DNA from: a virus
Taxonomy: Duplodnaviria; Caudoviricetes
Reading direction: 5' to 3' (one strand)
Virus record (IMG/VR): IMGVR_UViG_3300020045_001775
Coordinates: 1-33,847 of that record
Length of the DNA stretch: 33,847 bases
Within the stretch, counting starts at the first letter, position 1. Each line of letters begins with the position of its first letter. The notes under the pieces are model-generated. The model made no database searches. It worked only from the letters and a program-made list of their open reading frames with translations, and had not been told where the DNA came from. Positions 24,585-32,300 of the stretch are shown one piece after another. The position numbers and the translations under genes are program-made.

Positions 24585-25375
24585 TGTGCTGCCTCTTGTG
24601 CCAGGATTGCGCGGCCTATGAGTTCGGGGATTTGGGGCACGACGGCATTGCCGCCTGCGGCTAGTCCACCCACCAAGTCGGAAAGCCCATAAGGCCCATT
24701 GAGAAACGGGGATTCGCCGTGTAGCCGCCCGGCCGCGATTGCATCAAGACGGCGCGATGCAGCCAGTGCAGTTGCCGCTTGATCTTTCCCGCACTCCGTA
24801 GCAACGCGCTCCGATGCGAAAGTCGGTAAAATCCCCGACCGTCGTTCTTGCTTGGGGTAGGCCACAATCCAGACACGTTCGCGGTTATGAGGCAATCCCA
24901 CGATCCATGCCGGAATATTTCGCCATTCTGCATCATACCCGCACTCGGCCAGGTCCCCGAGTATTCGGCCAAACCATCCGCCCCGTTTTTCGCTTGGGCC
25001 AGAAAGCAACGCTGCGACGTTCTCCACGATGACGTATCGGGGTCGTAACTCGCCAACCAGTCGGATGATTTCGGACCATAGTCCTGATCTGGTGCCTTCG
25101 CCCATGCCGCGCTGCTTTCCGGCGACTGATAGGTCTTGGCATGGGAAACCGCCGGTGATGACGTCAACGGCAATTCCATCGGCAGCGAGCCTTGCGCCGG
25201 TAAGTGTTCGAACATCGTCATAGCATGGGACTTTCGGCCAGTGTTTCGCCAGAACGCGGCGGGGGAATGGTTCAATCTCGCAGAACGCGACGGTTTCAAA
25301 TCCGCCTGTGCGTTCTAAGCCAAGGCTGAAGCCGCCAATGCCGCTGAACAGGTCAAGGACGCGCAGCTTGGTCAT
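24581..25375 (-). CDS. DNA cytosine-5 methyltransferase, alpha-like chain lacking motif IX
   Basis: Motif I LFSGIGG, IV GFPCQD, VI ENV, VIII H.RERVWIV, X GNAVVP. Confidence 0.92.
   Translation of the reverse strand: MTKLRVLDLFSGIGGFSLGLERTGGFETVAFCEIEPFPRRVLAKHWPKVPCYDDVRTLTGARLAADGIAVDVITGGFPCQDLSVAGKQRGMGEGTRSGLWSEIIRLVGELRPRYVIVENVAALLSGPSEKRGGWFGRILGDLAECGYDAEWRNIPAWIVGLPHNRERVWIVAYPKQERRSGILPTFASERVATECGKDQAATALAASRRLDAIAAGRLHGESPFLNGPYGLSDLVGGLAAGGNAVVPQIPELIGRAILAQEAAQ
24661..25221 (-). CDS. Nested +1-frame ORF: putative beta subunit of the C5-MTase carrying motif IX
   Basis: Frame is open 25299-24661 inside the MTase; contains LWPTP and C-terminal NPRFSMGLMGFP.WW (motif IX-like); start uncertain, ATG 25221 chosen. 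Confidence 0.7.
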   Translation of the reverse strand: MTMFEHLPAQGSLPMELPLTSSPAVSHAKTYQSPESSAAWAKAPDQDYGPKSSDWLASYDPDTSSWRTSQRCFLAQAKNGADGLAEYSGTWPSAGMMQNGEIFRHGSWDCLITANVSGLWPTPSKNDGRGFYRLSHRSALLRSAGKIKRQLHWLHRAVLMQSRPGGYTANPRFSMGLMGFPTWWVD

Positions 25376-26034
25376 GCGGCCCTCTCAGACGTCGCTACAG
25401 CGCGATCTTGGTTGCGTGGCCCTGTGATGGCCTGAACATACGGGTTGGCCACTGTGCGCCCGCGTGACGCGCGCTTGTCATATGCTGGCAGCTTCCCGGC
25501 GGCGCGCAGCCGAGACAGATACTTTGACGCCATGGTGCGGCTCAACCCAGTGGCGTGGGCGATCTGCCACGCGCCCCATCCGGGATTATCCAGAGCGGCT
25601 TGCAATACGCGGTTGACGTTTTCGGGGTTTGGCCTGCGGGCTGGCTTTGGTTCGGGCTTGGGAATCGGCGCGCGTTTCTGGATTTCGATGTCCCCGCGCT
25701 TGCAATCCTTCTTGATGAGTTCGTAGGATACGCCCTCATGCGCGGCCATTTCCGCCATCGTCATGCCTTGCGCGGCCATGTCCCGGACCCGCTCACGGCG
25801 TTGGCTTGCCAGAATGGTTGCTTGCCGCACCTTGCGCGCCCAGTTCTTTGCGCCGACCTTGTTCCCGACACGCCAAGACAGGCTTTCCCCGCTGGCAAGG
25901 ACCAGTTGACCCTTTTCCGGCGACCAGATGAACACGCTTGCCGTGTTTTCCCCCTCTGGGATAATCCGCACTTTTCCGGCGGCAATGGCGGCGTCGATCA
26001 TTGCCCTTTCGCGTTCTGTGATGTGGCTGCTCAC
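25372..26034 (-). CDS. Tandem-HTH DNA-binding protein
   Basis: GMTMAEMAAHEGVSYELIKKD and GAWQIAHATGLSRTMASKYL; GTGA-coupled start 26034 (alternative 26040). Confidence 0.7.
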   Translation of the reverse strand: MSSHITERERAMIDAAIAAGKVRIIPEGENTASVFIWSPEKGQLVLASGESLSWRVGNKVGAKNWARKVRQATILASQRRERVRDMAAQGMTMAEMAAHEGVSYELIKKDCKRGDIEIQKRAPIPKPEPKPARRPNPENVNRVLQAALDNPGWGAWQIAHATGLSRTMASKYLSRLRAAGKLPAYDKRASRGRTVANPYVQAITGPRNQDRAVATSERAA

Positions 26035-26336
26035 TGGCAAATCCTCTGCGTCGCGGCGTTGATCCCATGAATGACGGTTGTGTGATCCCGGCCCAATTCG
26101 CGCCCGATCTGCGCCATGCTGAATTGCCCGGTGCGATGGGCGCGGCGCATGACTTCCTGACGTGCATGTGCGACGGGCAAGGTGCGGTTCGGCCCAACGA
26201 TGTCAGCGACCGCAAGCCCGGTTTCGCGGGCAACCCGGTCGGCAATGCTGCGAACCGTCAGCTTTTCGGGCGAGCGATACCCGTCTGATGTGCCCATGTT
26301 GTCGATTAGCGACCTGATGAAACTAAAGCGGCTCAC
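26031..26336 (-). CDS. Stand-alone DnaA domain IV (Bac_DnaA_C-like HTH) protein
   Basis: I...VA...G....DI.G..R...VAHARQ..M......S..QIGRELGRDHTTVIHGI. Confidence 0.85.
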   Translation of the reverse strand: MSRFSFIRSLIDNMGTSDGYRSPEKLTVRSIADRVARETGLAVADIVGPNRTLPVAHARQEVMRRAHRTGQFSMAQIGRELGRDHTTVIHGINAATQRICQ

Positions 26337-26680
26337 GGTTCATTCCCCATTTTCAGGTTTCCGGCTGCGAATTGGCGGCGAAGTGTCTCGCCAAGGCTTC
26401 TAAGCAAATCGTCCCAACCGAACCGCGCATCCGGCGTCCGGCGGTCAATTTCGTCATGGCAGGCTGAACACGCAAACACGGCCAAGAAGTCATGCGGCTT
26501 TTGCGCTGTCCCGGCCCATCCGAAACATCGCAGATGGGCCAGGACGGTTGTCGCGTTGTCGCCGTTGCAGCATTCAAGCCGCAACGTGCAAGACTGATCC
26601 CGCGCGGCATTGCGTAGGATTGGCAGTTTCACCGGGCGGGCGGATTTGTTGAAAATTGGCCGATGCGTGAGGTTACTCAT
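26333..26680 (-). CDS. DUF1364 / YbcO-like Zn-binding nuclease-domain protein
   Basis: LRNAARDQSCTLRL..C.....TTVLAH......G...KP.D..AVFACSACHD.ID. Confidence 0.85.
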   Translation of the reverse strand: MSNLTHRPIFNKSARPVKLPILRNAARDQSCTLRLECCNGDNATTVLAHLRCFGWAGTAQKPHDFLAVFACSACHDEIDRRTPDARFGWDDLLRSLGETLRRQFAAGNLKMGNEP

Positions 26681-27153
26681 GCTGTCACCTGCGATCTGTG
26701 CCGCGCCACATCAGCCGCAAATTGCGGGTCGGGGGCTGTCAATTCCAAGCCAAGTTCAGAATAATGGCGGTGCATCGCGTCCAGATACCTGACTTGCTGA
26801 CTTACGCTCATCAGCCGGGTCACGCCAAAATCAAACGGCTCCATCATCAGCGCCATTTTAGTTTCGTAGGGCAGGCCGCGAATATTAGCGTCATAGGCGG
26901 TGCGGAATAGTGGGTTTTCAGCCCGGAGGATGGGAACGCCAAACCTTAGTTTGGCATCGCCCCGCACTTCCTCTGCCGTCCTGTCACCAAGCTGTTCTGC
27001 GACTTCCCCGCACCACAGCCGGTTTAGCCGGTTCTGATCTGCGGTGCGGGCCTTGCCGCTTTCCCATGATATGGTCAGGGGCATCTTGCGGGCCTGTAGT
27101 AGCGTCACAAGCGCGGCCAGATCGGCGGGGCTGCGAATAGTGCGCGATGCCAT
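26677..27153 (-). CDS. NinB/Orf-like recombination accessory protein
   Basis: RT.DQNRL..LW..EVA.Q and T..MSV.Q...YLD motifs; flanked by ERF and DUF1364. Confidence 0.7.
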   Translation of the reverse strand: MASRTIRSPADLAALVTLLQARKMPLTISWESGKARTADQNRLNRLWCGEVAEQLGDRTAEEVRGDAKLRFGVPILRAENPLFRTAYDANIRGLPYETKMALMMEPFDFGVTRLMSVSQQVRYLDAMHRHYSELGLELTAPDPQFAADVARHRSQVTA

Positions 27154-27881
27154 CAGCCCACCCCAATCGTTGACACGCCGCCGGCCAGATCGTTGCGGCG
27201 GTTTTCATAGGCATCGATGACCTTGTCGTGCAGATCGGGGTGCCCATCGGCAAACGCTTGAATGATCTTGGCGCGGCGTTCCCATTCATTCTCTAGCGCC
27301 TTGGCCCCGGTCTTTGCTTTGAAGTCGCGCACAATGGCGGCGCAAAACGCTTCTGCCTTCTGGCGTGGCGTGGCGTCGTCTGCGATGCTGTCCAACACGC
27401 TATCCCGCCAAGCGTCATGCAGGCCGCCTGTCGCGTGGTTCTGTGTCGGCTCCATCACCTTCGGTGCGGCCTTGGCGGCGGCGTTGCCGTCGTCGTCCTC
27501 CGGGGCAATCCCGGCCATAGCCATCAGCCCATAACGCCTGGCGTATGTGACCGCCGATCCGAAGCCCTGCATGTCATTTTTCCCGACAATCAAAGGGACG
27601 CGGCAATCCAGCGTTTCGCCCGATGCGTGAACAAACACGGTGCGGACAAACGTCCCGCTTTCGTCGCTGCCAATCGGCTGGATGACCGCAATTCCGTTGC
27701 GGTTCAGCGCGGGCATACATGCCGCCATGACGTTACCAAGATCGGCATATTTCGACTTGAAGTGCGGGTTGTTCGATTCCTTCAACGCTGGCCCCATTTC
27801 ACGCTGTGCTGCGCAAAGCGCGCCCGCAATTGTGGTGTGTTGCGTTGCCGCTTCGGTGTTGATAGTTTCGTGTCTAGTCAT
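27153..27881 (-). CDS. erf: ERF-family single-strand annealing protein
   Basis: K.S.NPHFKSKYADL, Q.FGSAVTYARRYGL.A..GI..EDDDGN. Confidence 0.92.
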   Translation of the reverse strand: MTRHETINTEAATQHTTIAGALCAAQREMGPALKESNNPHFKSKYADLGNVMAACMPALNRNGIAVIQPIGSDESGTFVRTVFVHASGETLDCRVPLIVGKNDMQGFGSAVTYARRYGLMAMAGIAPEDDDGNAAAKAAPKVMEPTQNHATGGLHDAWRDSVLDSIADDATPRQKAEAFCAAIVRDFKAKTGAKALENEWERRAKIIQAFADGHPDLHDKVIDAYENRRNDLAGGVSTIGVG

Positions 27882-27944
27882 CGTGTGGCCCTCCTTGGCC
27901 TGCTTTGATGGGCGGCGGCGTCATCCGTCGCCCGCTTTCCCAGA

Positions 27945-28385
27945 TCAGAATGGGATAGAATCGAAATCCATGTTGTCGCGGGTCGCAGCCGATGTGGCCG
28001 CGCGCGTAGGTTCGCTGTCCTGATTTTCCGTGCGGTTGCCGGGGCCGTCCAACATCTCAAGTTTGGCGTCGAACCCCTGCAACACAATTTCCGTGGAATA
28101 CCTGTCAGCGCCGGTCTGGTCCTGCCACTTGCGGGTTGCCAGTTTGCCGCTGATGTAAACCTTGCTTCCTTTTTTCAGGTATTTCGCGGCAAGGTTGGCA
28201 AGCCCTTCGCTGAAAATGGCGACGGATACCCATTCCGTTTTTTCCTTGCGTTCGCCCGTGGCTTTGTCTTTCCACGTTTCCGAAACAGCCAGCCGCAGAT
28301 TGCAGACCTTGTTCCCGTTCTGGAATGTCCGCACATCGGGGTCAGCCCCAAGATTGCCGATGAATGTGCATTGATTGAGTGCCAT
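27945..28385 (-). CDS. ssb: Single-stranded DNA-binding protein
   Basis: IGNLGADPDVR, TEW..V, KGSKVYI.GKL.TRKW, acidic DFDSIPF tail. Confidence 0.97.
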   Translation of the reverse strand: MALNQCTFIGNLGADPDVRTFQNGNKVCNLRLAVSETWKDKATGERKEKTEWVSVAIFSEGLANLAAKYLKKGSKVYISGKLATRKWQDQTGADRYSTEIVLQGFDAKLEMLDGPGNRTENQDSEPTRAATSAATRDNMDFDSIPF

Positions 28386-28945
28386 CAGTTTTCCCTTTTC
28401 ATTCCCATTGCCATCAGCGGGTTTGCTGCCCGCGCTGCGCGTAGCTGTCCCATTTCGGCACTGTCCGGCGCTACAATTTCTGTCCAGTGCGGGAGGTGTT
28501 CTTTGTTCTCGTCGTAAAGTTCGGCATCGCTACGGGCCATCGGGCGGCTTCGCACCGCATCAATCCGCTTTGGCGAAAACCCAATCCGGTTTAGCAATTC
28601 CGATGCGCGCGCCTTTTCGTCTGCCGTCCGTTCCGGCTTTGGAAGCGCAAGGCGATCATCGTCCTCTTGCCCTAACCGTGGCCTCGGCATCAGGCGGCGG
28701 CACAATTCGACAATTGCACCTGGGGCGGGTTTGCGGCGGGGTTCACTGGATAGGTAGTCAACGCAGGCCCCGTTGATTGCGTAGACGGGGAAACCCTTCA
28801 GCACGACATACCAATCCGCAGCTTGTGCCCTAAGAATATCCGGGTCGTCGTCCGGGCGGTAATAATGCGAGAGGAGCGTCACTATCCGGCCCATCAGCCA
28901 TTCGCGCGTCGGATAGGATGCTGCGCCATGTGTCGTTCCATCCAT
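28385..28945 (-). CDS. Putative helicase loader / lambda P-position replication protein
   Basis: Follows and overlaps the initiator; W...L..FP..AI..AC..Y.....R.P.PG.I pattern; start may be 28894. Confidence 0.55.
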   Translation of the reverse strand: MDGTTHGAASYPTREWLMGRIVTLLSHYYRPDDDPDILRAQAADWYVVLKGFPVYAINGACVDYLSSEPRRKPAPGAIVELCRRLMPRPRLGQEDDDRLALPKPERTADEKARASELLNRIGFSPKRIDAVRSRPMARSDAELYDENKEHLPHWTEIVAPDSAEMGQLRAARAANPLMAMGMKREN

Positions 28946-29609
28946 TTGGCTTTGCCTTATGCTGAGAATTGTTGGACTTGCTGTTGCGCATCCAGTTTCG
29001 GAACGTGGCTCCCCAATCCATTTTGGTGCCGTCCCGGCCCGACTTGCCGACCCAGTAATCCCGAAACTTATCCGCCTCTAAACGGATGTGATCGTCCGAC
29101 CAGCCTTCGCCGATAGCCCATTCGCCCCAATCCATCGGCAACACCCAATCCCTTGAAAGACGCGACCCGCGATTTTTTTGTGAAGAAGCTTTAGCTTCTT
29201 CTTTTATATCTGGTTCTGGTTCTGAAGAATGCTTTGGCAAAGCGGTGGCATTTGCTAAATGCGTATCATTGCTTTTCAATGACTTAGACAACCCGCCCTT
29301 GCGCCCTGCGCCTGCCCTCAACTCGCTTTTATCTCGCGCTTTTTCGTATTCTTTGCACAATCTGCGGTTGGTTATGATGCCATCGGTCACATCAAAAAAG
29401 CGGCCTATCGAAGCCCAAAGGTCATCCCAACGGCGCGCGCTAACACGGCAAATCCGGGCTAGTTTCTTGGCATCGTTCGGAAGCTTTGCGTCGTGACGCC
29501 ACATCGTCATAAGCAGCAACAGGTAAGCGCCATGCTCTTCGCATGTCAGGTCCAGCGTGTCTGCCAGATAGTCGCCGACATAAAGTTGCATGAACGGTGC
29601 AGACGCCAT
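28830..29609 (-). CDS. Replication initiator, DUF1376/YdaU family
   Basis: PFMQLYVGDYLADT..L..EEHGAYLLLL..W; C-terminal KFRDYW....K.DW.ATFRNW. Confidence 0.88.
   Translation of the reverse strand: MASAPFMQLYVGDYLADTLDLTCEEHGAYLLLLMTMWRHDAKLPNDAKKLARICRVSARRWDDLWASIGRFFDVTDGIITNRRLCKEYEKARDKSELRAGAGRKGGLSKSLKSNDTHLANATALPKHSSEPEPDIKEEAKASSQKNRGSRLSRDWVLPMDWGEWAIGEGWSDDHIRLEADKFRDYWVGKSGRDGTKMDWGATFRNWMRNSKSNNSQHKAKPNGWNDTWRSILSDARMADGPDSDAPLALLPPGRRPGYS
29172..29262. other. Candidate replication origin within initiator gene
   Basis: AT-rich patch with palindromes GAAGAAGCT-TT-AGCTTCTTC (29182-29201), GCTTTG-G-CAAAGC (29231-29243), GCATTT-GCT-AAATGC (29248-29262) and TCTGGT repeats. Confidence 0.5.
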
Positions 29610-29611
29610 GA

Positions 29612-29677
29612 CTACGGTGCCGAACAAAATCGGATTGAAACGGGCGATGGAATCGCTATATTGACGGCATCAGCCAT
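29612..29677 (-). CDS. Putative 21-aa leader peptide upstream of initiator
   Basis: MADAVNIAIPSPVSIRFCSAP; GAGAGG SD; stop is 2 nt before the initiator ATG, which has no obvious SD. Confidence 0.5.
   Translation of the reverse strand: MADAVNIAIPSPVSIRFCSAP
29635..29662 (+). promoter_or_regulatory. Candidate antisense promoter
   Basis: TTGAAA-N16-TATATT on plus strand inside the leader ORF. Confidence 0.5.
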
Positions 29678-29757
29678 CGTGTCGGACCTCTCATTCAGGT
29701 TCCCGTGGTCAGGGTCGGGAGTGGCGTTGGTAGCGCCGCCCGACCCGCTAACTTTAT
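29669..29757 (+). ncRNA. Putative ~80-90 nt cis-antisense RNA
   Basis: Downstream of the antisense promoter; covers the leader ATG and SD; ends after the GC-rich hairpin GGGTCGGG...CCCGACCC (29712-29746); ends approximate. Confidence 0.4.
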
Positions 29758-29780
29758 CACCATTTCCGGTTGCATTGCAA
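29751..29780 (-). promoter_or_regulatory. Candidate promoter for the replication operon
   Basis: TTGCAA-N18-TAAAGT with TGn extension. Confidence 0.5.
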
Positions 29781-29786
29781 GATGAT

Positions 29787-30134
29787 TTACGCATTTTGCA
29801 CCTCAACAATTACAGCGCCATTCTTGCGCGGTTCGGCCAGAATGTAGGTCTGGACGAAATGCCGATCATCAATTCCACAGGCGTCCATTAGCCCATCTTC
29901 GCCCGCTTTGAATCGCCCGATCAGGTTTGATTTGTCATGCAGGCGGGCGGTTGGCGGGTGGAATGTGATTGTCATTGGCAGGCAATCCATTTCCATCGGA
30001 TAAAGCCCTTGCGCCCGCGCCCGCCAACCGCATTCGGCCCGATAGGACGCTGTGGCTTTAGCCTTCACCGCCCAATGGACACGGCCATTCGGTGACAGTT
30101 CTTTAGGCGGGAATGGCAGGGTGATAATCATCAA
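29787..30134 (-). CDS. RusA-like Holliday junction resolvase
   Basis: LPFPP..LSPN.R.HW, ITFHPP..R..D..NL....K...DGL......DD; second Asp of the DxDN motif reads Ser. Confidence 0.8.
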   Translation of the reverse strand: MMIITLPFPPKELSPNGRVHWAVKAKATASYRAECGWRARAQGLYPMEMDCLPMTITFHPPTARLHDKSNLIGRFKAGEDGLMDACGIDDRHFVQTYILAEPRKNGAVIVEVQNA

Positions 30135-30307
30135 CTGCCCCTCAGAATTTCAATGCGGCGTGTTGCGATTAGCGCCTGTTCGCCGGGCCACATCCCATCG
30201 CGCGCGGCCTGATCTGAATACCCGTCCAGTTCGGCCAGCGTCCGAATGCGCCGGATAATTGCGGCCTTGGCGGATTGTTCCTGCACGGTCATATCAGCGC
30301 GCATCAT
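30131..30307 (-). CDS. Hypothetical protein (58 aa)
   Basis: 4-nt overlaps with both neighbours (MMRADMTVQEQ...). Confidence 0.6.
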   Translation of the reverse strand: MMRADMTVQEQSAKAAIIRRIRTLAELDGYSDQAARDGMWPGEQALIATRRIEILRGS

Positions 30308-30555
30308 AGGCACCGGGCGGTGATGTCGCGCAGACGCTGCCATAGGTGCGCCGTGGGCTGGTGACGCTTGCGGGCCTGTCTGACGGCGTAGAGCAAGGCA
30401 ACGCGCTGGCACTGTGCCAGAAGCGCGTCGTCGGTAATAAAAGCCCCTTGCCGACCGGGAAGGAGGTCAGCCGACAAGGGGACGCCCACGGGGGCAGTTT
30501 CCGCCGCAAACCTTGGGAGGTGAGACATAGCGACGGGGGAAAGGGGGGCGGTCAT
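30304..30555 (-). CDS. Hypothetical protein (83 aa)
   Basis: MTAPLSP...; ATGA overlaps at both ends. Confidence 0.55.
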   Translation of the reverse strand: MTAPLSPVAMSHLPRFAAETAPVGVPLSADLLPGRQGAFITDDALLAQCQRVALLYAVRQARKRHQPTAHLWQRLRDITARCL

Positions 30556-30707
30556 TGCAGCACCGCCGACAGCGCCAGCAGCGCCCAGACAACGGATTGA
30601 AAGGCATATGCCGCCAGCGTTACAAACACGATGACACATGCGCTGAATAGGACGACCCAAATCGCAAAGATCAGAATTGCGCCGAAAATATCGCCAAGGA
30701 TGTTCAT
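30552..30707 (-). CDS. Very hydrophobic 51-aa membrane peptide
   Basis: Below ORF cutoff: MNILGDIFGAILIFAIWVVLFSACVIVFVTLAAYAFQSVVWALLALSAVLQ; ATGA overlaps at both ends; GAGG SD. Confidence 0.7.
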   Translation of the reverse strand: MNILGDIFGAILIFAIWVVLFSACVIVFVTLAAYAFQSVVWALLALSAVLQ

Positions 30708-30994
30708 TCTGCGGCCTCACGTTTGGCGATCACGCCGCGAATTAACGACACAACCCAATCGTCAAAATCGCCGATCCCTTGTTCGTAATACGGCGGTTCT
30801 AGCCCGTATTTAGCCAAGATCGCGTTTATGACGGCCTCTAAAGCATCGTTGCGAATTATCACCGCGTCGTGCAGATCAGAGCGGACATATTCCTGCACAA
30901 TATCTGCGGGCGTATCAGCCCACGGCTCACTAACTATTTCGGTCCACGGCGTAGCGCCGTGGCTAACCCAAATACGCTTTTGCGCAGCTATCAT
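30704..30994 (-). CDS. Hypothetical protein (96 aa)
   Basis: TAATG coupling; RIWV...W......EYVRSDL motif. Confidence 0.7.
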   Translation of the reverse strand: MIAAQKRIWVSHGATPWTEIVSEPWADTPADIVQEYVRSDLHDAVIIRNDALEAVINAILAKYGLEPPYYEQGIGDFDDWVVSLIRGVIAKREAAE

Positions 30995-31311
30995 TAACTC
31001 ATTCCTTCCCGCGTGATGCGAATGACGCCTTGCGCGCCCTCTTCGACCGATATTGTTGCGGGAATTGCGATGTATCCGGGCGGGGGCTGCACGATCAGCG
31101 TGTCAGGCGCGTCACCGGCTTCCTGCATAACGATTGCCAGAACCGTTACGCCCGAGTCCGTCAGCATGACGTTGAAATCACGCTGTCCGGTGGTCAGTTC
31201 ATTGCGAAACGTGACAACGCCGCCGCTGTAATCGACCGCGGCGGCGCCCCAATTATGGACTTCGGCGGATGCGGGCGTGGCGATAAGGGCGAAGGCAAGC
31301 GGGCGGATCAT
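30994..31311 (-). CDS. Secreted beta-rich protein
   Basis: MIRPLAFALIATPASA|E signal peptide; ATGA overlap at 31308-31311. Confidence 0.7.
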   Translation of the reverse strand: MIRPLAFALIATPASAEVHNWGAAAVDYSGGVVTFRNELTTGQRDFNVMLTDSGVTVLAIVMQEAGDAPDTLIVQPPPGYIAIPATISVEEGAQGVIRITREGMS

Positions 31312-32300
31312 TCTGCGGCCATCCCGAACAATGACGCGCAAGAACGTTCTGCATCGACCAGGTTCTTTTCGGCTTGCGCGGCGTATTCCGGCTTTAACTC
31401 AAAACCGAGATAGCGACGGCCCATCTTGACCGCCTGATAGCCTGTCGACCCAATGCCATTGAAAGGGTCCATAACCACGTCCCCAGGCTTGCTGTATAGC
31501 CGCAGGCAGTTTTCAATGGTGTCCAATTGCAGCGGGCAAACGTGGCGTTCATCATCCGGTGATTTCATTCGGTTCAAAACGTTGCCTTGCTGGATATTCA
31601 TCCAGACGGGGCTTGCCAGTTTCTGCCATTCATAAACGTCAAATTCGACATGGCGGATCATCTCTGTCAATACTGCGTCAGACGGCGTTGCGCTCGCCAG
31701 CCCTTGCCGGTGCATGTTTGCCAGCCATGCTTTTGCAATCGGCAAAGCCGCTTTCGCGTCACCCGGTGCGGCGTGTTCAATGCGGTCAGGGTTGTCACCC
31801 GGCGCGCGGAAAAACAGCATGTAATCGGGCATCCCGACGCGGTTCATGCTGCTGTCTTTGCGGATTTGCTTGAATAGCAACCCTAGCGCCTTTGTGCGCT
31901 GCATTTCGACAACCGGATCTTTCCAGATCGTCACCCGACCATGGTAGATCATCCCGGCATCAGTATGCGCCTTGATAAGGTCGCCAGAGAAGTCTTGCAG
32001 ACCAATCGCCCCGTCGCGCCCCTTGCGCATCGGCAGATCGGTGCAATGGACGCAAACGATCCGGCCCGGTTTCATGACGCGGGTCAATGCCTCTGCGAAA
32101 AACTTGTATTGGTTGATGAATGCTTGCCCGGTGCCAGCGTTGCCAAGGTCACGCTCACTGTCAGAATAAACAAACAGATCACCGAAAGGCGGGCTGAAAA
32201 TGGCGCAGTCAATTGACTGTTCAGGCATCGCATACATGCCTTCAATGCAGTCAGAATTATGGACGGCCCAACCGGCCCCGGAATATTCAGGCTGTTTCAC
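31308..32300 (-). CDS. DNA amino-methyltransferase (SPPF-type, beta class; possibly N4C)
   Basis: FSPPF catalytic motif, HVCPLQ, DPFNGIGSTG, G.ELK..Y. Confidence 0.9.
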   Translation of the reverse strand: MKQPEYSGAGWAVHNSDCIEGMYAMPEQSIDCAIFSPPFGDLFVYSDSERDLGNAGTGQAFINQYKFFAEALTRVMKPGRIVCVHCTDLPMRKGRDGAIGLQDFSGDLIKAHTDAGMIYHGRVTIWKDPVVEMQRTKALGLLFKQIRKDSSMNRVGMPDYMLFFRAPGDNPDRIEHAAPGDAKAALPIAKAWLANMHRQGLASATPSDAVLTEMIRHVEFDVYEWQKLASPVWMNIQQGNVLNRMKSPDDERHVCPLQLDTIENCLRLYSKPGDVVMDPFNGIGSTGYQAVKMGRRYLGFELKPEYAAQAEKNLVDAERSCASLFGMAAE

